Shown here: positions 1 through 9,499 of the stretch, piece after piece
Position numbering within the stretch: position 1 is the stretch's first letter
Layout of the letters: each line of letters begins with the position of its first letter
Assembly (NCBI GenBank): GCA_039809905.1
Contig: JBDHVY010000001.1
Span: 120,001-152,000, forward strand
Source of the DNA: Candidatus Babelota bacterium
GTDB taxonomy: Bacteria; Babelota; Babeliae; Babelales; Vermiphilaceae
Direction of reading: 5' to 3'
DNA: 32,000 nt
Made by a program: the position numbers and the translations under genes
Notes under the pieces: generated by a model
What the model saw: the letters and a program-made list of their open reading frames with translations, nothing else
Told to the model about the DNA's origin: nothing
Databases searched by the model: none

Positions 1-1
1 A

Positions 2-337
2 GAATCAAAAAAGAAAGTACATGCAACATTACAAGAAATTGGCGCTGATGAAAATTTGCTCGCTGACGCCCAAAAAAATGGCTTGTATGCTCTACTCAAT
101 AAAATTGATATTCATGAAGAAATTACTCGTCTGAATAGTCATTTAGAAAATTTCGTAACTATTTTGCAGCAATCTGATATGGAAAAAGGCAAACGCCTTG
201 ACTTTACCTTACAAGAATTAGGACGTGAAATTAATACGATTACGGCAAAATGCTCTGATTCAACAATTAGCACCCATGCGATTAACGTCAAAGTTGAAAT
301 TGAGAAAATGCGTGAGCAGATTCAGAATATTGTATAA
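2..337 (+). CDS. yicC: YicC-like endoribonuclease, C-terminal part (truncated by window start)
   Basis: Frame is open from base 2 (ESKKKVHATLQEIGADENLL...); the C-terminus GKRLDFTLQELGREINTITAKC...VKVEIEKMREQIQNIV matches the YicC C-terminal pattern. Confidence 0.85.
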   Translation, partial: ESKKKVHATLQEIGADENLLADAQKNGLYALLNKIDIHEEITRLNSHLENFVTILQQSDMEKGKRLDFTLQELGREINTITAKCSDSTISTHAINVKVEIEKMREQIQNIV

Positions 338-354
338 GTTGCTCACGCATTTTT
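305..354 (+). terminator. Rho-independent-like terminator overlapping the yicC 3' coding end
   Basis: AAAATGCGTGAGCA (305-318) pairs perfectly with TGCTCACGCATTTT (340-353). Confidence 0.6.
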
Positions 355-404
355 AGATCAAATATTAATTGCTAACCTTGATTGTTCAATCACTAAAAAT
401 ATTT

Positions 405-1217
405 TTAGTAAGAAAACCACCTTTGCCAAAAAGATTTTTTAGCTTCTTCTTGTCTGCGCGTTGCAGACTTTAAGTGCAGCTTTGGATATAATGCAGCATC
501 ATTTAATTCTTCTTTTATATTTTTCATACTTTCTTGAAAAAAACTGGCGGGCAATTTGCTTTGCTTAATAAAAGCAACTTTATCTAAAAGAGTTTCTATT
601 TTTTCTCTATAACTTTCAGCATCAAATGTAAGAATATCTCGTGGTTCATAGTCTTTAGGCTCCGAGAACAACCGTATCTCGTCTCCTAATTTCCTCAGCT
701 CTGACATGATAGAGTTTACCTTATCTGCTAATAATCCAAACAAGCATTTGTTTAAATCGATTTTAATAAGTAATTTATCGGCATAAATATAAACTTTTAC
801 TAGCTCTTCTAACGATGAATCAGTTATTTTTATATTGTTTTTGCATTTATTTATTATTTCAACAATTTTCTTAAATGTTTCAATATCCGACAGACCAATA
901 AGGGGATCCGCTGTATCCGCTAAAGCACTTCTTATAGCTTCACTCCAGTCAACATCGTCCTGAGAAAAAATTTGACCGTGCTCGATGTTATTTATTTCAT
1001 AAATATAAACTTGATTTTCCTTTAATTCTGATCGAATTTTATTTTTTTTATAGTTAAGTATCGCACTTGATCTCTTGCTTAAATCCATACGAGACATGGG
1101 TCTTTGCAGTCTAGGAACCGTACTCATTCCATAAATATCGCAGGTAATACACATCATCAAGAATAATACCTTTATAGATATGACAACCTTATTTTTATTG
1201 TAATTATTCATTTTCAT
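405..1217 (-). CDS. Secreted hypothetical protein (270 aa)
   Basis: Long ORF with hydrophobic N-terminal signal (VVISIKVLFLMMCITCDIYG); charged, helical remainder; no recognised domain. Confidence 0.7.
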   Translation of the reverse strand: MKMNNYNKNKVVISIKVLFLMMCITCDIYGMSTVPRLQRPMSRMDLSKRSSAILNYKKNKIRSELKENQVYIYEINNIEHGQIFSQDDVDWSEAIRSALADTADPLIGLSDIETFKKIVEIINKCKNNIKITDSSLEELVKVYIYADKLLIKIDLNKCLFGLLADKVNSIMSELRKLGDEIRLFSEPKDYEPRDILTFDAESYREKIETLLDKVAFIKQSKLPASFFQESMKNIKEELNDAALYPKLHLKSATRRQEEAKKSFWQRWFSY

Positions 1218-1341
1218 ACAAAATCCCTACTTTTTATCGACATTATTAAATTTTATTAATATCACTAATACTATATCATTGTTTATTTTATATTTGCAAC
1301 AATTAACCTAAGGGCACTATTGATATAATATCAATAAAGAA

Positions 1342-1699
1342 ATGGTTATCATTGCTGAAAGAGCTCATGTATTTGTTGAAGAATCAAAAAAGAAAGTACA
1401 TGCAACATTACAAGAAATTGGCGCGGATGAAAATTTGCTCGCGCATTTACTCCATGCTCAATAAAATTGATATTCATGAAGAAATTACTCGTCTGAATAG
1501 TCATTTAGAAAATTTCGTAACTATTTTGCAGTAATCTGATATGGAAAAAGGCAAACGCCTTGACTTTACCTTGCAAGAATTAGGGCGTGAAATTAATACT
1601 ATTACGGCAAAATGCTCGGATTCAACCATTAGTTCTCATGCAATCAATGTTAAAGTTGAGATCGAGAAAATGCGCGAGCAAATTCAAAACATTGTATAA
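1342..1699 (+). pseudogene. Decayed partial duplicate of the yicC 3' region
   Basis: From 1380 it aligns with window base 1 onward, with a 17-nt net deletion after GAAAATTTGCTCGC (frameshift) and CAG CAA changed to CAG TAA; it ends at ...CAAAACATTGTATAA. Confidence 0.8.
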
Positions 1700-1730
1700 T
1701 TCTATTCGTTTCTGTAAATGGGGACCTCTT

Positions 1731-1812
1731 CCTTCGACCCGTCCTTCGCCAAGGCTTCGAAGGGCAAGCAAGCGTTTACTACTGAGCATGGTCGAAGTAT
1801 CAGGACGAGTGG
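1731..1812. repeat. Small palindromic/REP-like intergenic element
   Basis: CCTTCG (1743-1748) / CGAAGG (1758-1763) and the outer pair CTTCGAC (1732-1738) / GTCGAAG (1791-1797), followed by CAGGACGAGTG; GC-richer than its surroundings. Confidence 0.5.
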
Positions 1813-1960
1813 GAATTTACGGAGTTGGGGTAAAGCACATTCAAAATATTATCTAAAATTCCTTTTTCTTTCAGCATAATCAGACTATTCAACCTCATTG
1901 ACCTATGAACAAAAAAACCTTATTCTTTTTGTATACCCTGTTACATAATTAAAGGATATC

Positions 1961-3736
1961 ATGAAGTTTTTTTCAACTATTAGCTCATTACCAGTTATTT
2001 ATCTCCTTATCTCAACAACCCCATTTTACGGTGAAATTAACCGAGATTTGGATCTTGATGCCGTATTTACTGCTATTAACTATACCCGTAGCAACCAGGG
2101 CGAGCGTGTCCTGCGCGCACTTCTTGCACGCCCAGTAGCAGACCTCAAGCTGCTTGAAGGACGACAAACGATCATTTCTCATATTGCTGATAATAAAGCT
2201 CTTAACAATAAGCTCACAGCGTTATTAAAGGCTTTTGCTCAACAAGAAAATAATTTTGAACGAATGCTGCAATCCGCAAGCGATGTTGAAAATGTAGCAC
2301 TCAGTGAATTTTACTTTTCAAATTCCTACTTACGCGAGTGGAATTATAGTCCACGGCATCTTGAATTGGGTTATGCTGCCCATCTTGGCAACTTATGCAG
2401 CTCAATGGTGCAACATGCTCTTGCTTTTGCAATCTTCACCTGGGGACTTGATGAAGAACATGTATGCCCAAGCCATCCCGCAAAAAATCATGGCGGCAAA
2501 CACAAAAAACATTCTCATAAACATAAACATGATCATGCTCACCATGATGGATGCACTCATGATCATTCCCATGATAATGCATTGATAAGCAGCATAAAAG
2601 CTTTGGCTAAATCAAAAGAATTTAAATACGGATTTCAGCTATGGCATGGAATTGCGCAAATACAAGAATTATATAGCATCCAAGCAATAGTTCGAAATGA
2701 TATACAATGCTTTAAAAAATTACAAACACAACTAATGGGCATTGCACGCGGTCTGCGCATTATGAATCAAATCCATATAACAGTTAAAAATCATCCAGAA
2801 ATTACCAGCAATTTAGTTCACTATCAAGATCTTGAAAATATATTTACCTCAAACAACATTTCAGAAAAACTCACCCTTTTATTGAACCTGCTCAATAGCG
2901 CTACCTTTAAAGGTCAACCTTCCGTATTTTCACGTATAGGAATTATTTTAGCTGCTTACAAACTTATACAAGAAATTGGCCATGAACTACAACCGGCACT
3001 TACTGCTGTTGGAGAAATTGATGCCTATGTCAGCTGTACTGAATTAATCAAAAAACATCAATCAGGATCTTTGTCCTATAGCTTTGCCCAGTATCTAACA
3101 GATTCAAACACTCCGCAGCTTATTGCCCATAATTTCTGGCATCCATTATCAACAGCAGAATCAATAGAATTAAATAGTATTGATTTAGGCTATGATAACC
3201 ACCCACGCAATATCATTGTTACCGGACAAAATGCTTCAGGAAAATCAACAAGCTTAAAGGCTATTACACTATGCGCATATCTTGCACAAACACTCACTAT
3301 TGTACCAGCACAGAAATATAGTCACAGCATATATAAAGAAATATATTCTTCTATTGTAGTGACTGATAATATATCTGAAAATATGTCTTTATTTGTTGCT
3401 GAATTGCACAATGCGCAAGAGCTATTAACTCGCATCGAAAACCTACAGGAAGCTGAATATATGCTCGTTGTACTTGATGAGCTCTTTAAAAGCACCTCTC
3501 ATGAAAAAGGAAAAGACGTTGCATATAGATTGCTACAGCATTTATACTCATCAAAAAATGTGATAACACTCGTTTCAACACATTTTGATAATTTAGCTGT
3601 TTTAGCAGACACACCTGAAAACAACTGTATCAATTATACTTTACATAATTTTAAACTTATTCCTGGCATTGGTTCACATGATGAAAATGCTTTTGACGCA
3701 ATAAAAAAACAAACAAAAAGTCGCTTGCTGATTTAA
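1961..3736 (+). CDS. MutS-like ATPase with N-terminal signal/anchor and histidine-rich insert
   Basis: MutS-type Walker A TGQNASGKST and Walker B region YMLVVLDELFKSTSHEKG, STHFDNLA; hydrophobic N-terminus; HPAKNHGGKHKKHSHKHKHDHAHHDGCTHDHSHD insert. Confidence 0.8.
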   Translation: MKFFSTISSLPVIYLLISTTPFYGEINRDLDLDAVFTAINYTRSNQGERVLRALLARPVADLKLLEGRQTIISHIADNKALNNKLTALLKAFAQQENNFERMLQSASDVENVALSEFYFSNSYLREWNYSPRHLELGYAAHLGNLCSSMVQHALAFAIFTWGLDEEHVCPSHPAKNHGGKHKKHSHKHKHDHAHHDGCTHDHSHDNALISSIKALAKSKEFKYGFQLWHGIAQIQELYSIQAIVRNDIQCFKKLQTQLMGIARGLRIMNQIHITVKNHPEITSNLVHYQDLENIFTSNNISEKLTLLLNLLNSATFKGQPSVFSRIGIILAAYKLIQEIGHELQPALTAVGEIDAYVSCTELIKKHQSGSLSYSFAQYLTDSNTPQLIAHNFWHPLSTAESIELNSIDLGYDNHPRNIIVTGQNASGKSTSLKAITLCAYLAQTLTIVPAQKYSHSIYKEIYSSIVVTDNISENMSLFVAELHNAQELLTRIENLQEAEYMLVVLDELFKSTSHEKGKDVAYRLLQHLYSSKNVITLVSTHFDNLAVLADTPENNCINYTLHNFKLIPGIGSHDENAFDAIKKQTKSRLLI

Positions 3737-3745
3737 GCAAGCGAC
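3720..3745 (+). terminator. Hairpin overlapping the stop codon of the MutS-like gene (putative terminator)
   Basis: GTCGCTTGCT (3720-3729) / AGCAAGCGAC (3736-3745); a T-rich run follows only after about 8 nt. Confidence 0.4.
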
Positions 3746-3872
3746 TTACATAATTTTTTCTAAAAAAGACCTTTTTGACCTTTTTTGTAAACAATTCTCA
3801 ACATTTTTCAAAATATCCCCTATTCTTATACACATTATCACATAAGATACTTATTGGGGACAATCAAAAAAT

Positions 3873-6800
3873 ATGTCGCAACATTTTACTCACTTACATC
3901 TTCATTCTGAATATTCATTGCTAGATGGAGCGATATCGCTTGATAAACTTATAGCATTTGGTAAAGAAAACAATTATAAAGCCCTTGCCATAACTGATCA
4001 TGGTAATATTTTTGGTGCAGTAAAATTTTTCCAAAAATGCAAAAAGGCTGGAATAAAGCCCATTTTAGGAATGGAAGCATATTTTACCGAAGATGCAAAA
4101 GTAAAAAACGCTGATAACAAGTATTATCATTTGATTATTTTGGTGCAAAATGCAACCGGATACAAAAATCTTTGCAAACTTATTTCATATTCTTATCAAG
4201 AAGGTTTTTATTTTAAACCGAGAGTTGATTACAACATCCTTGAAAAATATTCTGAGGGCCTTATCGTAACAAGCGCATGCCTTGGTGGACATATTCCTAA
4301 ATTATTAATGTCTAACAATCTTAAAGAAGCTAACGAGCGCGTTGAGTGGTTTTTGCGCGTATTTGGACGTGATCGTTTTTTTCTTGAAGTTCAGCCTGAA
4401 GACCAAGAAGAACAAAAAATATTAAATCAAAAGCTCTATACACTATCAGCAGAAAAAAATATTAAACTCGTTGCCGCGGGTGATTGCCATTATGTTTCAC
4501 TGCATGACCATGAAGCTCACGAAATTATGCTCTCCATCCAAACACAAAACAAAATTGATGATCCTGGTCGATTTTCGTTTGGTGATTGCCGCGCATATAT
4601 GCGGACTACCGATGAGATGCTCGCAGAATTTAAAGGACATGAAGAAGCAGTATGGAATGCGGGTCTTATTGCCGATATGTGTAATTTTGATTTTGAAACA
4701 GATAAACTCTTTTTCCCACAATTTATTATCCCGCAAGATCATACACAAGAAACATATTTTGCCCATCTATGCCGTATTGGTTTACAACGATTGAAAGATG
4801 AGCAATTAATCGAAAAATCACAGTGGCAAACATACGATGCACGCCTTGAACTAGAAGTTGATTTGATTACGCGCATGGGATTTGTCGGCTACTTTTTAGT
4901 AGTGAGTGATTTTATTCAATGGGCCTATCGGCAAGGTATTCCTGTTGGGCCTGGGCGTGGTTCTGCAGCAGGATCACTTGTTGCATGGGCATTACAAATT
5001 ACCAATATTGATCCGTTAAAGTACAATCTTCTTTTTGAACGTTTTTTGAATCCTGAACGTATAAGCATGCCTGATATCGATATCGATTTTTGCATTGAAG
5101 GTCGTGATAAAGTTATTAATTACGTACGTGATAAGTACGGTCACGATAAAGTATGCAGTATTATCACCTTTGGTACTATGATGGCAAAAGGTGTAATTAA
5201 AGATGTTGCACGTGTACTTGGTGTTCCTTTTGAAGATTCAAATGCATTAACAAACCTTATTCCAGAACAACTTAAAATTACTCTCAGTGAAGCAATTGAA
5301 CAAGAGCCACGACTACAAGAATTGATTGATAATAATCCACGAATAAAACATGTGTTTGATATTGCTTTCAGATTAGAAGGCCTTACACGCCATGCATCAA
5401 AACATGCTGCCGGCATTGTGATTTCACCAGAACCAGTTGATGAAGTACTTCCTGTATATATTCCGCCCAAATCAAATGAATTAGTAGCTCAATACGCAAT
5501 GACAGAGCTGGAAAGTATTGGCTTTTTAAAAATTGATTTTTTGGGTCTTAAAAATCTTACGCTGATAGACCGCGTACTGCAACTGGTAAAAAATATTCAT
5601 AACGTTTCTTTAGATATGAATAAACTCCCTCTTGATGATCCAAAAACATTTGAACTTATTTGCAATGGCTTAACATCTGGCGTATTCCAGCTTGAATCAA
5701 GCGGACTAAAAGAGGTATTACGTAAATTAAAACCAGATAAATTTGAAGATATTATTGCCGTCAACGCACTCTATCGACCAGGACCTCTTGGATCTGGCAT
5801 GGTTGATGATTTTATTGAACGCAGACATGGCAGACAACAAATTAAATATCTATTTCCTGAATTGGAACCGATTTTAGCTGAAACATTTGGCGTCATTGTC
5901 TATCAAGAGCAGGTAATGAAAATTGCTTCTGCAATCGGCGGATACTCTTTAGGAGAAGCAGATATTTTACGCCGCGCAATGGGTAAGAAAAAAGCAGAAG
6001 TTATGGCAGAACAAAGTGCCATATTTGTTGAAAAATCATCTGCTCGTGGATTTGATGGCAAAAAAGCACAAGAATTATTTGATCTTTTGGCCTACTTTGC
6101 TGGCTATGGTTTCAATAAATCACATTCAGCAGCATATGCATTAATTGCCTATCAAACAGCGTACCTTAAAGCAAATTATTTACCGGAATTTTTAGCATGT
6201 CTTATTTCTCTTGAAGCAACACACCCAGAAAAAATGTCATTTTATCTGCAAGAAGCAAAAGATCTGGGAATTATGCTATTACCTCCGGATATTAATCGCT
6301 CAGATATCCATTTTTCCGTTGTAGATGGTAATATTTTATTTGGTCTACAAGGAATTAAAAACGTTGGTCTTGCAGCATTAGAAAATATTATTGAAGAACG
6401 AAGCAAAAAAGGTATTTTTAAAGATCTGCTCGATTTTTGTAAACGAGTAGATTTACGCACAGCAAATAAACGTGTTATTGAAAGTCTTATTTGCGCAGGA
6501 GCATTTGATACATTACCGGGAAACCGTGCTCAAAAATATCATGAAGTTGAGCATTTAATTGATCTTGCGACTGCACATAAAAAAAATGCCCTTACTGGGC
6601 AGATGGATCTTTTTTCACTCAATAAAAAAAATAGCCAAGGCGATGATTTTTATTCCTTTGAGCTTCGATCAGAATGGACAGACAAAGAAAAACTAGAAAA
6701 AGAACGTGATGCAATAGGCTTTTATATTAGTTCTCATCCTATTGAAACATATAGAAAACAGCTTGGATGGTTTACTATAGAATCATTTGAAACAGCATTA

Positions 6801-7313
6801 GAAAAAGCACAAACAACAAAAGGCGAATATTCAACTATTGGCTGCGGATTATTGAAAACACGCAAAGATATTGTGACTAAAAAAGGCGATCGTATGGCAT
6901 TCTTACAATTTGAAGATATGTCAGGATCTGCTGAAGTTATCGCATTTCCTAAAACATTTGCACGCGCAGAAAAATGGCTAGGCTCTCATAATGTTTTTAT
7001 CATTAAAGGAATTGTTGATGTTGTTGAAGGAAATCCTTGCAAAATAAAAGCTCAAGACATTGTTCCCGTAGAATTGGTTCTCAGCGAGTGGCCACATATT
7101 GAACACATTACCCTAACATTGCCTGATTCGATAACAGAAGAAGTTATTGTTACTGTTAAAGAAAACATAGCCAAGGGCACTGCACCTTTATCGATTATTT
7201 TTTATGAAAATCAAAAAAAATTGCGCCTGAGGGTAAAAGATAGAGTTCTTCTTAATACCGAAAGCGCACAATTATTAGAACAACAAGATATAAAAATAGA
7301 ATGTTGTTTATAA
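3873..7313 (+). CDS. dnaE: DNA polymerase III subunit alpha
   Basis: 1146 aa; PHP domain HLHLHSEYSLLDGAI, palm GPGRGSAAGSLVAWAL and PDIDIDFC, GYSLGEADILRRAMGKKK, C-terminal OB-like region. Confidence 0.97.
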   Translation: MSQHFTHLHLHSEYSLLDGAISLDKLIAFGKENNYKALAITDHGNIFGAVKFFQKCKKAGIKPILGMEAYFTEDAKVKNADNKYYHLIILVQNATGYKNLCKLISYSYQEGFYFKPRVDYNILEKYSEGLIVTSACLGGHIPKLLMSNNLKEANERVEWFLRVFGRDRFFLEVQPEDQEEQKILNQKLYTLSAEKNIKLVAAGDCHYVSLHDHEAHEIMLSIQTQNKIDDPGRFSFGDCRAYMRTTDEMLAEFKGHEEAVWNAGLIADMCNFDFETDKLFFPQFIIPQDHTQETYFAHLCRIGLQRLKDEQLIEKSQWQTYDARLELEVDLITRMGFVGYFLVVSDFIQWAYRQGIPVGPGRGSAAGSLVAWALQITNIDPLKYNLLFERFLNPERISMPDIDIDFCIEGRDKVINYVRDKYGHDKVCSIITFGTMMAKGVIKDVARVLGVPFEDSNALTNLIPEQLKITLSEAIEQEPRLQELIDNNPRIKHVFDIAFRLEGLTRHASKHAAGIVISPEPVDEVLPVYIPPKSNELVAQYAMTELESIGFLKIDFLGLKNLTLIDRVLQLVKNIHNVSLDMNKLPLDDPKTFELICNGLTSGVFQLESSGLKEVLRKLKPDKFEDIIAVNALYRPGPLGSGMVDDFIERRHGRQQIKYLFPELEPILAETFGVIVYQEQVMKIASAIGGYSLGEADILRRAMGKKKAEVMAEQSAIFVEKSSARGFDGKKAQELFDLLAYFAGYGFNKSHSAAYALIAYQTAYLKANYLPEFLACLISLEATHPEKMSFYLQEAKDLGIMLLPPDINRSDIHFSVVDGNILFGLQGIKNVGLAALENIIEERSKKGIFKDLLDFCKRVDLRTANKRVIESLICAGAFDTLPGNRAQKYHEVEHLIDLATAHKKNALTGQMDLFSLNKKNSQGDDFYSFELRSEWTDKEKLEKERDAIGFYISSHPIETYRKQLGWFTIESFETALEKAQTTKGEYSTIGCGLLKTRKDIVTKKGDRMAFLQFEDMSGSAEVIAFPKTFARAEKWLGSHNVFIIKGIVDVVEGNPCKIKAQDIVPVELVLSEWPHIEHITLTLPDSITEEVIVTVKENIAKGTAPLSIIFYENQKKLRLRVKDRVLLNTESAQLLEQQDIKIECCL

Positions 7314-7322
7314 AAATTAAGT

Positions 7323-8660
7323 CTATTGGCTCAATACACCTAATTTTTCATAAACATTATTTATAAAACCATCTCTTCTGCAGATAATCTTCTGTTTTTG
7401 TATTTCAAATGATTCTAAACAAGTACCACATTCATATGATAGAGCTTCGGTGACATCTAACTTACTCATTTGACAAGCTAATGCCTTTATTTTTGGCAAA
7501 TTATTATAATTTTTATCATTCAAATAACGATCTACATAAGATTTTTTGGCTAATAATGTTTTATAATCACTATCATATTTTTTAATTAAATAGTCTGCAA
7601 AAAATGAATTTATTTTTTTAGGACTATTATCAGCGGACATTCTGATTTTATAAAGAAGTTCTTTCCTTTTAACATCTTCAAACATTTCTTTAAGATCAGA
7701 TTGATTCATGTTTTCGGTTAGGCAAGCAAGTTGATCAGAAAAATTACATGTATCAGATCCTAAATTTTTAGATTGAGACCATAGATGATTTATAATCTTT
7801 TTACGCATATCTTGATCAGGATAGCCAATAGTTATATGTTCACCAAACCTACCAGAACGCTTCAATGCCGTATCAAGATTTTCAAAATTATTAGTCGCTG
7901 CAATCACTACCACATCACAATCTTTAGGCGTATTTAATCCATCCATTTCAGTCAAGAATTGAGTAATGATCTCCTTGCCAACACTATCCTCAGAATTACG
8001 AGATGGAAAGCAATCAATCTCATCAATAAAAATAATCGATATCCCTCTCCTTTGTATTTTTTTACCATATTCTATTGCTTGATTTCTTGCTTGCTCAAAG
8101 AGTTCCCGAATCATGGCTTTTGACTCTCCAAAATACTTTTGAGAAAACTCAGAACCCACACAAGAAATGAAAGGAATGCCTAATTCACCCGCAATAGCCT
8201 TGGCAAGAAACGTCTTACCTGTTCCAGGATCACCTAAAAAGAGAAGACCTCGTGGTAAAGAAGTGCTTAATGCTTGATCACAATGCTTGACCAACTCAAC
8301 AAAATCTATCGCTTCTTGAGGAACCCCAACATAATCGGTAAATCTTGTTTCATTATCATCAGGATTGAGTACGATAAAACTATGCGTAGTTGTAATAGCA
8401 CGTTTATACAAGATAAGGGCTACTGTCATTAACGCACCAACCGTAAAGATAGTAGCACAGCTCCTTACCAATTCTTTTACTATGAGATCTTTATAATTCA
8501 ACTCATAGGAAACATCTAAATCAGAGCAATGCGATAGAGAATAATTCATCAATAAAAAGCACAAGATAAATGACTTTAATTTCTTTTTTGTTATCAGAAG
8601 CATCTGTATTCTCGCATATAAAAATATAAAAAATGTTTTTTTATTATACATTAAAAACAA
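7323..8660 (-). CDS. Membrane-anchored AAA ATPase (FtsH-like AAA module, no metalloprotease domain)
   Basis: Walker A GDPGTGKT, Walker B IIFIDEIDCF, SRH-like AATNNFENLDTALKRSGRF; two N-terminal hydrophobic segments; no HEXXH. Confidence 0.85.
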   Translation of the reverse strand: MFLMYNKKTFFIFLYARIQMLLITKKKLKSFILCFLLMNYSLSHCSDLDVSYELNYKDLIVKELVRSCATIFTVGALMTVALILYKRAITTTHSFIVLNPDDNETRFTDYVGVPQEAIDFVELVKHCDQALSTSLPRGLLFLGDPGTGKTFLAKAIAGELGIPFISCVGSEFSQKYFGESKAMIRELFEQARNQAIEYGKKIQRRGISIIFIDEIDCFPSRNSEDSVGKEIITQFLTEMDGLNTPKDCDVVVIAATNNFENLDTALKRSGRFGEHITIGYPDQDMRKKIINHLWSQSKNLGSDTCNFSDQLACLTENMNQSDLKEMFEDVKRKELLYKIRMSADNSPKKINSFFADYLIKKYDSDYKTLLAKKSYVDRYLNDKNYNNLPKIKALACQMSKLDVTEALSYECGTCLESFEIQKQKIICRRDGFINNVYEKLGVLSQ

Positions 8661-8683
8661 TTTTTATATAGCAAGAAACAGAC

Positions 8684-9169
8684 TTATTTCTCTTTTATAT
8701 ACATTACTGCATAGTCATAGAGTTCGGTAGAATATCCGTGCAACGAAGATAAAAATTCTTGGACATGATGATCTTCACTACTCAGAATCAAAATATCAAT
8801 TACCTTTTTGATATGTTCATGCATTCTTGAGACATTGCCCAACACGTAGTGCAATTTTATTGCTTCACGCCGCAAAGCTATATCAACAGAATTCATTATA
8901 ATTAGGTGTTCGCATATAGCGACGGCTTCAAGATATCGTTGTGACTTTTGATATAATTCCATGGCTTGTACATAAAGCTGAATTGCCAATTCTTGTTCGT
9001 TAAAAGAAAAATAAATATCAGCTTCAAGTTGCCGTGCTACAGCAGGATCATTAAATGAATGGGAAAGAAGACGATACACACCCAAAGCACGCTCTTTTTC
9101 TCCACGAGACACACAATCAGCAATTTTAAACCATGCTATTGTGTGCTTATCACATTGGGTCTGCTTCAT
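8684..9169 (-). CDS. TPR-like helical repeat protein
   Basis: 161 aa with TPR-like helical spacing (ARQLEADIYFSFNEQELAIQLYVQAMELYQKSQRYLEAVAICEHLI). Confidence 0.5.
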   Translation of the reverse strand: MKQTQCDKHTIAWFKIADCVSRGEKERALGVYRLLSHSFNDPAVARQLEADIYFSFNEQELAIQLYVQAMELYQKSQRYLEAVAICEHLIIMNSVDIALRREAIKLHYVLGNVSRMHEHIKKVIDILILSSEDHHVQEFLSSLHGYSTELYDYAVMYIKEK

Positions 9170-9250
9170 AAGGCCCTTTCAACATTCTCAACAAAAATTT
9201 CATCTCTTTTTTTACTACTCTAGTACAATCGAAAGAAAAATGAAAATGTC

Positions 9251-9499
9251 TTATTTATTTTCAGGCGAATTGAGGCTATTTTGCCTTTTAAATTCTACCT
9301 CATTTTTTTGCCGAGCTTTTATTATGGCTTTAGGAGAACAATCCCAACGCGGACTTGTCTTGTATACAGTGTTTCTATCGCTAGCACCACTTGAAGATGC
9401 ATCTTCTTTTTTTATCGGCAATCTAGCTACTTTTTCAGACGCAAAAACTCCTGAGAAAAAAGATAAACCAATGATTGTTATTCCCATTACATTTTTCAT
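9251..9499 (-). CDS. Small secreted hypothetical protein (82 aa)
   Basis: Signal-peptide-like MKNVMGITIIGLSFFSGVFA. Confidence 0.45.
   Translation of the reverse strand: MKNVMGITIIGLSFFSGVFASEKVARLPIKKEDASSSGASDRNTVYKTSPRWDCSPKAIIKARQKNEVEFKRQNSLNSPENK

Noticed and set aside
1352-1534. 60-aa ORF on + strand
   Set aside because: Frameshifted section of the decayed yicC copy that re-enters the YicC frame briefly before an in-frame stop.
1587-1856. 89-aa ORF on + strand
   Set aside because: It is a chimeric reading frame running out of frame through the yicC pseudogene and the palindromic repeat at 1.7-1.8 kb; not a plausible gene.
2304-2585. 93-aa + ORF rich in Met/Ile in the MutS-like gene
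   Set aside because: Out-of-frame reading of the His-rich codon stretch inside a clearly supported CDS.
5141-5470. 109-aa minus-strand ORF inside dnaE
   Set aside because: Antisense to a strongly conserved gene, no recognisable domain; the same applies to the antisense ORFs at 4497-4766 and 6242-6460.
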